Shown in pieces: positions 1 to 12,000 of a DNA stretch of 64,000 bases. Below the pieces are notes generated by a model that was given only the letters and a program-made list of their open reading frames with translations, searched no databases and was not told the origin of the DNA. The DNA is taken from contig NMRA01000034.1 in assembly GCA_002633005.1 (NCBI GenBank), positions 1,015,766 to 1,079,765 of the forward strand, read 5' to 3'. This DNA is from Phoronis australis. Its lineage: Eukaryota > Animalia > Phoronida. Position 1 is the stretch's first letter, and each line of letters begins with the position of its first letter. Made by a program: the position numbers and the translations under genes.

Positions 1-2889
1 TTTCTGTTAATTGTATTTCTTTGCATGACTGACACTATGTAGCATGTGCTCATTACTACATGACATGTACTCAACACTCAACACTCGCTGCAATATATCA
101 ACTCCATCTATGCTACAACTGGGAACATAACTATTCGATTCACCAGAAAAGAATGAGATTTTCAGGGAGTGACTCATATCGCCACCTAGCTGTGGCAGGA
201 GGTACTTTGTCTTTGCAGCTGGTGACACAGGGGAACAGTTTGACTTTGTGAAAAGACCAATTTACAATGTAAGTGATTATACGCACACAGGAAAGGAAGT
301 GCATTCGTGAGAAAGGAATGTTGTTAATGAGAATGCCCTTGTGGTCTGCAAGGGAGAAAGATTGACATCTCTGAAATCAAAATTTGCAACTATGATCAAT
401 ATTAGTAATTGAGTTCAAAGTAAAACAACATGGGTTCTAGTAAAACTGATAAAACAAACTCTGTTTATCACCTTATGTGTTCATTTTAATACAAACATTT
501 TATAAAATGTGATTAGTAAAGTAAAAATTGCATTGACAGTGCTAATTGCATCAACGAAACTGCTCAAATTCAGTTGACCATGCCCCAATGTTAAAACTTG
601 TAGTAATAATACAGATAAAGCCGCATTTCGCCCTATTAAGCAGTCAATAAATTCTTAACTGAAGCACTTTGGGGTTTAAAAACATTACCATGCTCTTCAG
701 ATCTTGAATTATATCGGAATGAGTTGGCAACTTGAATTAGTCAATGCGTACATGCGCCATTCAACAGCTTGCAAGTTTAGGCTTAATCGACTTCAATAAG
801 CATTTTCTTGAGTCGCTGATGGTTTCGTTGTTCATGTTGGTAACCATGGTAACTGAATTGGCATCCTACCATGGTAAGGAACATTGTGAGAGTAAAAGGC
901 ATAATTCGACTTTCACTTTATAGCTAGCTGTGGTAAGTAATCCAAAATCTCAAATTTGGCAGATATTTCGTTCCGCAATTAAAATCTGCAAATAACATTA
1001 AAGATACATAATACATCACAGCATAGTTTCATTGACAGAAAGTTGTGCTCAAAGTAATTTGTGCGCCATGTTATGTTGGGAAGTAAACTATGTTAACTAC
1101 ACAATTAAGCTTAATACAGTTTAAATAAAGGGGTATGTTGCCCTTTTGAATGCATCTATAATAAATTTGAAATATTCTATTTAATATGAACCGTATTTTT
1201 AACTATTTACCTGATTTCTATAAAAATGAAATGAATAAAATTAATTTCAGAAAACCGAAGCCACTGATTCAGTGAACGAGTTCCGAAAATGTCCACCGCT
1301 GAGAGAAAGCTTTGCTCTCTCACTTTTCTGTTCTTCCAGCTAACCCTACAGAGATGACCAGTCCCAGCCCCAGTACATAACAAATTGCAATTACACTTAA
1401 GCACTGATATACAGGAACTGTAAAACCTCACCAATTTAGGACACGACATGGCAGACAAGTGAAATCTTATTTTCACATTTTTCTCCATAAAGATACATAG
1501 CACCAAATCCAAGTTAATTTACTACCAGATAGTAGTTTGAAAAATTGTCCATTCACTACGATGTTATAAGACCTTGAAAATTGAAAACGATGCAATTTGA
1601 CAATCAATTATTTCTGTCCGAAATTGGTGAGATTTTACCATTATACTAACTCCAATTCACAAACGATACAGCTGATCAGGCAGGCAGTGTTTGTAGGGAC
1701 CTATTGGATCACAATGCCATACTTCTGGTGTGAAAAAAAAATCCATTAAATTGTTCGGTTTTATCAAAATCAACTAAAAGATTCAAAACATCTTCCAGAG
1801 TAAGTACTGACCAAACACGCCATAAGAAGCCAACATTCCCATCAAATCACAATAATATTTGACGTATCAAATAAAACAATTGCCTAAATAAATAAAAATT
1901 ATTTCATCTTAGACATATCCAAATAAGAAACTGTAAAACAACTCTTTCATGATTACTTCCACAGTGATCATTCATCTTGTATTGCACACAGAATATTTAT
2001 GAACACTTTGAAGACAGATTAATAGAAAATTGTCCTGAACCAATGACTGATCAGAAGGGACAAATAACACTTCTTGCCATCTATTGTCAAAGCGAGGTAC
2101 TTCTTGGCAGTGATAACACTTTGTTTCAAGAAAAGAAAATGTTACTGATAAGTGACGGCATACTTCTGGCATTCTACATATAAGTGAAGTTGCCTAAATA
2201 TCAGCCAGAGGGCAGCACTAGCTGTCAGTTTCGTGAACATTTCTTTTGAGAATTGTTTCACAATGCTTTATCTTTACAGTCAGAGTTCTTCAACAAGGAC
2301 ACTGCATGGAAATAGGAGCACTTCAAGCCATGACTAAATGATTTTACTTACATGAAAAGCGTCTGACTTATGGATCTAATTAGAACTCAAAAGTGAGGAC
2401 TGAAACCAAAAACCAAAACCACAAAAATCCACCAATATACCCAAATGCATATACCCAGTATACTAAGCCATATAGAGCACCCACAGCACTGATGGACATT
2501 TCTAAGTACTAGTCTCATAACAGCTTGCTGCAATTTTTGCTTTAATAACAAATTGCTTTAGCTTCACCCATTGGAGATGCAGATACTTTAACAAAACTTT
2601 TAAACCATTGATCAGTTTCAGCCGTTTAATATCCACAACCAAGATCAAGGTTGCTTAAGTAGCATAAAAACATTTTTTAACTAAAACGGCCTCAATCTAA
2701 AGCCCTGTACATTGATAACTAGGTCACCTCAAGTCAATACTGCCAACTTCAATTAGGGTTAAAAAGATCACGTCATCAAATCCAGCTATAGAATAAATCG
2801 ATCTCCTACATTAAAGATGGTGTGGAATGTACTCCAGCGACGAAAACAGATTCGGAAAGATGGCAGTGTATGTGTCTTTAACCCGGTTC

Positions 2890-3003
2890 TCAGTTTCTCT
2901 TGACAAATTGGAGCGGCAGGTTTTCACCAGGGGTCAGTATCGCGCGATACTCTGGCTTGAGTTCATATCTGTCGCTGGGAAGGACATCGAATGTCTGTGT
3001 GAT
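2890..3003 (-). CDS. CYP27: CYP27-like last coding exon (ITQTFDVLPSDRYELKPEYRAILTPGENLPLQFVKRN*)
   Basis: Not in the ORF track; found by reading. Acceptor cttgtAG at 3005-3004, TGA at 2892-2890; typical P450 C-terminus L.P...L.F..R. Confidence 0.88.
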   Translation of the reverse strand: MTQTFDVLPSDRYELKPEYRAILTPGENLPLQFVKRN

Positions 3004-6000
3004 CTACAAGCAAGAAACAGGACGTTTACTACATGTCAGGGTGGCACAAGGGCCAAATTTGCTGAAATTTAAGAGGGCATTCAAGCTAATTTAGAGCAAG
3101 TAGATAGCATGCACAGTGATACGTGTTAACAAGAATCAAACATTATCAACAAATGAAGCCAACAACACTTTGTTGGGGTTTCCATAAAAAATCCAAAGCT
3201 TTAACTGAGCCTGTATAAAGTACATACAGGATCACAATTAAGTCACCTTGTTTGAGTCAAGTATATGTCCATAAGCAGCAAACTAAATTACAAATGTTTG
3301 CTCTCACTAAGTTTGTCTAACAATGGCAAAATGTGACTTCCTCACTGCTGACTGAGACTATAACTCACCATCACATGAACATCAAATTTGTTCTTTTTTT
3401 ACCACAACCATCTAGTCAAAGAAAGCCGCATTTAACTGTCTGGTATGAGTAAAACATGACACAATAAACCGTTTATTAATGTCAAGCACATTATGGTATT
3501 TATGATAACAAAAACACAAGCCTTAGTTACATTTCACCCAGAGCAACATCAAAAGATACCTAGTATTCTGATGATAACTTTCTTTTCTGATTTCTGAATG
3601 ATTAAATGTGTTGAATAAATTCAAACAAACATCTTGCTTTTTCTGTTTTTAATGAGCTTTATTCATGGTAAAAAATAATGAAAACTACAAATAAAAAATT
3701 CATTAACACGCATACCACCTAATGGTCAAAATGAAAACAGTACTTACCCTTGCCAAAAGTAAATGCAGCTCCAACTCAGCAAGACGGCGACCTGGAATAG
3801 AGAAGCAGTCGTCAGCAATTAAGTGTTTGCTCCGACCCAAAGGGGGCAGTGCTAATATGAAGATTACATTGCGTGTAACAAAATAAAGATACCCAATAAG
3901 CACAATTTGCCTTTGAGACACAAAATGTGAGTCACCATCAGGCTTCAACATAGAACGTTTTAAACCGAAAATAGACCATTTAGCAGTAAGTTTCCATTTA
4001 CCCAGTGATTGGTGATCTAAAAAATAACTTACAGTAATGGTAGAATAATATTACATTAATACTGGTAACAAGAATAACCACCTATTCAGAGTTAACGCAA
4101 ATATTTGATTTTTTATTGGGTTAAAGCCCACGCCTGCAGCAGATCCTAAAATGCTCAATATATGTTTTTCGTCCATGCCCAATTTAGACAACCAGCCAAA
4201 ACACACCCCTTTAAAGTGTTCACATCTTTGTGAATGCCATCAACAAAACATTTCAGCTGAGACATGACAAACAATATCAAATGAAGCACCTTGAGTAGTA
4301 AACCGAGTCAATATGGCTTTAAGGTTATGTAGGACCTTATGGATAAGTCTGCGTACTTGGCAAATTATGTACAAAACTATAGATTTTAAATCAGTAAATT
4401 TTTATTTTTTTTTGAAAATACTGGAAGCCTGCAGAATCAGATTTTTGACTTGTTACGAATCTGCCCTTAATTGGGATCACACGACCACGTATTTTTAAAG
4501 TAAAATTTAGCAAAAGAAAAAGGTGTAACAGTAATATTGATAGCAAACAGCAGTATCAATAACATTGATCAATTTTTTATGTAAAGGTTCAAGATGAGAT
4601 CTCACAAACACTGCTAGTTTTCCAAAATATTTAAAATTCAGTTCAATATGCAACTTAAGATATATTTTCATGAAAATGCCGCATTTTTTACAGTCTCTCT
4701 TTCAAAAGTGGAGTACTTTAAAAACAATTCTTGACAGCAATTTGGAGAACAGTGCACAAAGCATAACATCTGAAAGTTTCATATGAATCCGATCTGCCAC
4801 TTCTGAGATATTATGTTCCAAAGTTAGCAAATTTTTCATTTTTTGAGGGTTCTATATTTTTATGTTAATTATATCTGACAAATGTTACAGGTAACTAATC
4901 ACATGGTTATTACTCAGACATTAAACTGTTCATCACTGACACAGGAAGAGAAGTTTAGAAAACAAACCGATGCAGCCTCGCACCCCATATGCAAAGGGTA
5001 AAGAAGCAAACGGGTGTGGCATAGCCTTGGGGTTGCTCCTGTCCCACCGTTCTGGTCGGAACACATGGGGGTCCTCGAAGACCTTAGGGTCATTACTGGC
5101 ACAGCCAGTATGCAACAACAATGGCGACTGCAATATAAGGATTACACATCACTTAAATACAGACACTTGGTAAGTATTCATATTGTAGAAAGTGCATTTT
5201 TAACAGTAGAGTCTGGATGCTAGGTTTTAGCCATAATAAGCAAGTAAAAGTTAAACAAAACATAATATAATTTTATTGACTGTCTTGGAACAACGCCTGA
5301 AGATGATTTTAATATGAAATACATCAAAACATTATTTACTCATTTGTGTTTTGAACCTTGTTCGCGTAACCTACTGACAATACATGTGGTTCTTTTCCCT
5401 AAATATTTGAGTGTTAAAGTTGAGATACTCTAAGACTACAATTCATAATTTCATCTCGACTAAAGCGTTGGTGCGTTCAATAAAGTACTCTAAGCTATGG
5501 GTATCTCACAACTACATCAGTTCAACATCAACAAGACAGAGTATTTGCATGGAGTCTATGAGTGAATCAGTTTTGTGTTTGGATGAACTCCCATGCCCCT
5601 ATATTTAAGATGATTAAAGAATGTTCAACCAAGATTTTTACGTTATTGTCAAAGGCCTCCCCCCAAACACAACAAATAAAGCCTTGGGCATGCCATTTCA
5701 GGGCTTTCGTCAATATTTTCCTTAGAAAATCATGGTTAGCTCTCAAGCAGTATCCTAGATCCAACAGTAAGCATCTCGTTGAATGATCAAAGTGGTTAAT
5801 ACCGGAGTTGCATTCATACAGCAGCAATAACGATACTTAAACGTTAGCCACTTAAACATAGACACAAGAATCTCACGATCTCATGCTTCTACTGCTGCTT
5901 GGCGTGATCTTGCGTTCTCACGAGTGCATTGCAACTGCGCAACAGGCACCAATAAAATGGGTGTACTAACCGAGGCAGGAATGTGATATCCACCGATGAC

Positions 6001-9000
6001 AACATCACGTGATATCATACGCACAAACAATGGAACCACAGCGTTTTTGCTGGAAAATATATAATTTAATTAATTACCATCAAGCTTCCTCAATGGAGAA
6101 CACAGTTAATAAAGAAAAGTGGCATTTTTGTCCCAAGTTTGAAATAAAATGAAAGAAAAATCTTCTTTACAATTTAGGTTTGGTTTGAACTCTGAAGCTC
6201 AAGATGAATGCAATGTAGTGTTCTAGCCAGTTTCTTCTATCTTGTCAGACATCATCTTCATACCTACCACCATTTTACTACTGACCCAACTTGACCTACA
6301 TTTCCATTTCACCTGGAGCCTGTTTCATGAAGTGAAAATTGGTGTTACGCTCCAAACAACTACTTCCAAAAAATAATTAAGACTCACCTGAGCAAAAATA
6401 CCAAAGTCTCTTAGAATATACTCAAAACTGCTAGTTATTGAGACAAATTAATAATAGAATATAAATTATATTTAGGCTGTGGTGGGCTGGTAATTATTTG
6501 GCTAAATCTATATTCAGTAATTGTAAAGGAGGAGTGAGAAAAAAATTAATCTCACATCACCAGAGTACAAAGTCTCTGAAACTGTATAAGATTAATCAGA
6601 TAACTTAATGCGTATTATTAAATTATCGTAAACCTGTGATGCAGTAAAAAGTACAACACGACATAGCCTTTATTCCATGATAACTAAGCGCGAACAATAT
6701 GCAACAAAATGGTGAAGACATGACAGAAAAGATCTCCACATAAGGTACACCACAGCACCCACAACAAGTAAGGTTTAGTTCAGTCACTAGAGACACCAGC
6801 TGGCCGGTTGGGTCCAAACCAAGAGCCAGTGTTTACAAGTGACCAAGATGTCAACAGTTACTGTAGTTGGACAAAATAGCATTTCCCCTCTCATTTTGGG
6901 CAATTCTACTTCCAGAGGAAATGACGGGTGATCACCCAGTTTTAATCCCTTCTCGTAATCCTCCCATGTGCGTTTAATTTTCCTCGTCATTCCTCGTCTG
7001 AATATACGGCTAAGATGACAGTGATTGCCATATGTGCTCAGCCGTCATGATGAGGAACCCCGGGTCATTTCGTCTGATTACTTTTGGTGTGTACAGAACC
7101 TGAAGGTTGACAATGAACTAAAGGGAAATCAAGGAGTAATTGCCTTCCTTGATGACTGGCAAACACTGGGAAAACATCCTTGTGTTGCGTGATTACCAGC
7201 ACAAGCACGTGGGTTATGGTTTTACAGTTGATGGTTTTCGTCAAAATTTGTCTAGCTTTTACAGGGAAAATTGTAAAGATGAAAAAAATGTTTTGTGAAT
7301 CATTGAAAAAGAGCCGAAAATATTTCACCCTGAATTAGGTCAGCCTTGTTTTGAAAACTACATGTATTAAAAAGAAAAGCCCATTAGCATACCGCATTGA
7401 CTCTTTGATCACCATCTTGAGGTAGGGCAGTTTGGGTAAGTCTTGAGCAGTGGGCACTCTTCCTGCCAGGACAGTGTCCACTTCTTGTTGTAACTTGATC
7501 TGTATGTTTGGGTTGTTGGCCAGGTCGACCAGTGCAAAACATATAGTGTTGGACGTCTGCAGGAAATGAGTGATAGTCACGTGTGAAATGTTGCAAATCT
7601 GGAGTGACCAATCACAGGATCATGAAGGTCAAACAAAGCAGGGCTTGACACTAACAGTAGCCTGACTGTCTAAAAGCAGGAACTTTTTGCTGTCGGGCAG
7701 CATGCCCAACTGTATAGTTGATTCTAACAGTAAACTTGAAAGCTTGGATCTAATGGCACAAAACAGAACTTGTCTGACAGGCCAGTTAACGGAAAAGTTA
7801 TTGTCAAGCCCTGAGGAGGCTATATATAACCATGATGAGAGGGCAGATTCACAATGTAATTCGGGGCAGCTTGTAAAAAAGAGTGCAGATGGTCTGATGC
7901 CATTTGCAGTGCATCAGACGTGTGCAGGCCTCAAGGCTGGGCCCATTGCACAAAACTCCTGGGCTAAAATATGAGAGCCCTGTTATTGATCAACAGGGTC
8001 TTCATGAAGGAAGTTCTCAAATCTGCCTGTCTCCTTTAAAAAAACAGACAGACTTGCAGCAGCTTGTACTAATTAGCCGAGTTCTTGGAGGCTCTTTTTA
8101 AAAATATTATTTTGATGATGAAATTCGTGGATGATTCCAACTCATAAATATTTTTTCAACAATACATTCTGTGGTAAGCCAGGGGTTTAAGATCAACGCA
8201 AAAATTCATAATGCAGACAACATTTATATTTCAGATGCTATAAACCTGCCTTCTGTCAAAATAACGACACCATTACTAGGCTGGGCGCGGTTGCATAAAG
8301 GTTATACACGCTGAATAGGAACAAAGATGTCGCATATCACTATTGTTACATCGCTAATTGTTGACGTTATGCAAAAACTGAAACTTATCCTGCAGATTTA
8401 AGTTTTGAAGTTTTATGCAACCTACACCTGGTCTGCACGTGCTCATGTCATTTTATGGTAATCTGAATTAGGAATAATACGAAACCAGTTCTTAAACCTT
8501 GCTATGTGTTCTAGATCAAATTTTGCTGTTTTCTGACAGAAGGCAGGTTTAAAGCAGCATTAAGAAAACTAATATACTTCCTTTTAAAATTTTGATAATA
8601 TGTGTTACAGTAGTTACATACAGTGTCCACACCAGCGAGCATGATTTCACAGACGTTGGCGTAAATTTCTTTGGGTGTGAGCTGATCGCTACCAATAACA
8701 CGGCTCAAGAAAGCTCCACCACTAAGCTGAGGAGAATCACTTTTATGCTGCTCGGTGATTTCATTCATCTTCTCATTGAAGTGGTCCCGAGCTATCAACA
8801 AATAACAATCATTAGAAATGAACAAAGTGAGATTACACGAGCACAACTTGGCATAAGACGAGTATTATCACTGACGTTGGATGCGTTTCAATGACGTTTT
8901 TGTGCCTGTCAATGCAAGTTTTGAAATATGGCAACTCGTAAATTCTAAGCTTTTCTAGTTTTCCACAATTGTGCCCAGCCTTGGCGTGAAGCTCAAAGAT

Positions 9001-12000
9001 ATTACTTTTGCCCTTAAACCAAGTAACTTCTAAGCAAAGGTTTCAATATGCTGAGCTGAGGACAGGAATAAGTTAAGTTACCATCACTTATGAATAGATT
9101 CCCTACTTTGCTCGACTCAATGATTGACAACTGGTAGGGCAGGTAGGGGTGGAATCAACGAGCAACCAGAGTGATGACACCATTTATGGTAGCAACTCTG
9201 AAACTCAAATGGCTGTAAAATTCAGACAAGTCTAAATAAATGTCAAATATAAAAACAGAAAAGCCGCATTACCACTATATGAAAAGATTATTCACTTCCT
9301 TGAACAATAGTAAGAATTTTATCCACCTCAATTTAATTACGACAAAGTTTCAACTGAAATTTTCGTATGTAATAACTTCCTTTGTCAACAGAAACAGAAA
9401 TAAAGTAAAATCAAACACTATTTTCTGACAATTTACATATAAGATATGGTGTAATGAATATGATACATTTTTGTGTAAAACGTAACAGAAGGTTCCGTAG
9501 ACAAATCACTAGGAAAACTATAACCTGCGAAACAAACAATGTAGTTAATTTATCTAACCATAACTTAACTGATAGTGAGGTTAGCCTACTTTCTAAAGGA
9601 CTAAACTTCTGTCCTACCAAACCTAATATTGACAAAGATGAATTACTAATTGATATTTACACTTTCGCTAGACGTCTTAGATTGGCAGCATATTTTGCCA
9701 ATTTTTCCAAAGATGAAAACGAGAACTCCCCCTTAGAAATTAATCCTTTCAAGAAAAAAAGCAATTGGAATCCACCTAAAAGTCAAAACCATGCCCTCGA
9801 AAGTTACATTGAAGCGATTACTAATGACGTTATGAATTACAAAAAGCAAAACTACAAATATAATATTACTAAGTCCGAAAAAGATGCCCTTACAAATCTT
9901 GCTAAAAACAAAGAAATCATAATTAAAGCAGCTGATAACGGATCAGCAGTTGTTATAATGGACAAGCAGAAATATATTGACGAGGCTCTCCGACAACTTA
10001 ATGACACAGCATACTACAAACTTTTAGATAATAACCCCAATACAAAACATATCAGCTTTATAACTAAATGAATGCTTTCCATTTGGGTCACATTGACAAA
10101 GACACCAAAAACTACCTCATTCCTAATAATGCTCAACCTAGTCGCTTTTATCTCCTTCCAAAAATCCACAAAGAAGGTAATCCTGGATGCCCAATTATAG
10201 CCAGCAACAACTGCCCTACAGAAAAAATTTCTCAGTTTGCCGACTACCATCTTCAGCAATTTGTCCCCACCCTTCCTTCATATGTTAAAGATACAAATCA
10301 TTTTCTTAATATAATTAAAAACACCAGTGATTTACCTAAAAATGCCCTTCTNNNNNNNNNNNNNNNNNNNNNNNNNNNNNNNNNNNNNNNNNNNNNNNNN
10401 NNNNNNNNNNNNNNNNNNNNNNNNNNNNNNNNNNNNNNNNNNNNNNNNNNNNNNNNNNNNNNNNNNNNNNNNNNNNNNNNNNNNNNNNNNNNNNNNNNNN
10501 NNNNNNNNNNNNNNNNNNAAAAATGTATCATATTCATTACACCATATCTTATATGTCAATTGTCATATAGTGTTTGATTTTACTTTATTTCTGTTTCTGT
10601 TGATATAGGAAGTTATTACATCCGAAAATTTCAGTTGATCCATTCTTGTTGTTTTATTTACCTATTTATATTCTAAATTTCGTGAAACAATAGTATCCTT
10701 GGGAGGATCTGGATCGCCTTATTTAGTTTCAGATTTATTTTCTACGTTATTTAACAAAGTTTCAGGACACACGAAACATGTTCAGTACCTTACGTCGCTC
10801 TGCTGTCTGCTTCGCGTGGTACACTCTCTTTTCCAATTTATATTAAGATCACATGGTCTCTTGTCATGTAAATGAAGTTGAATTTACTTGACGCTTAATA
10901 CATCACTATGGTGTTTTCGGTGTTAATTGCAATAGAAAACACAAAAAAGCATGATTTGATAAAAACGAGTGTCCGAATTTCCCCGCCAACATTTTTTATG
11001 CTGCAGAGAAATTTGGACACTATGCTTTTAGGCTACTAGACGCTTTTCTTGATGCTTCTTTGAGAGACTTTCGTACTCAAGTGATGACCTTCTATGTTAG
11101 GGAAGAGGTCAATTCACAAATTAAATTATTTTTCAACAACTATAGCCCTGTTTACCATGCAGGCTGCTCACAAATTGGTAATGGCAGACATACTTTTACG
11201 CCGTTTATGTGGCAAATTTTATTATTCGCCCCATGATGACACTGCTAAAATAAAACCTTAATTCATTTTTGAAATCGTAATATATTTTGCCTGAGATTTA
11301 CCATAGTATTCAGAATTTACTGGTCCAAATTTCCTCGAAATTTTCGATTTTTTTAGCCAGCTACACAAGGCGAAAAGCATCTTTCCTGCATCTAGTTAAT
11401 ATGTAAATGCTGTGAAAGTCATTGTATCACACATACCTACATCGAAGATAGTTTGCCAGGCATGTGAATGACGCCTCCACACCTTGGTGTTCAATTTGAT
11501 ATGAATCTCAGTGAACACACCGAGAAACATAGAAGTGGCCAGCATTTCGGCGACGGAATCAACAAACTCCTGTGACCTGGGGGGCATGGGGTCACTGAGG
11601 ATTCCTAACCGCTTTTCAAACAGGAAATAGCAGACGGCTAGAAATGCAAAAGTACAGCCACCATGAATCGTAATGTACAACCTGGACAACACAATCAACA
11701 GTCAATACAGTTCACCATAAGGGCCCAGAACTGGTTCCATAAGAACACGAAGGCAACAAGTATACTTATCAAAATACGGTAAAGTCTCTTCAAATTTGAA
11801 CAAAAATAATATCATTTCGGCCAAAATATTCTTATCTTTCCATCTTTCAAAGACTCGCTGCATTGCTAAAAATGCTCAGAATATCAACATATGCTAGTTG
11901 AGGATAATTGTGCATTACACGAAATATGCAAATGATTAAGTAACAGTTTCTGACATTTGCACAGACTTACAACCTGAAACGGAGAAATTATATGTATGAT

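Noticed and set aside
840-853. RFX X-box-like palindrome GTAACCATGGTAAC
   Set aside because: No nearby promoter identified; similar strings recur in repeats elsewhere in the window (about 26431 and 45635).
6787-7330. Short ORFs in a GC-richer patch of P450 intron 6
   Set aside because: No recognisable motif, frequent stops, no consistent splice signals; possibly an unidentifiable repeat relic.
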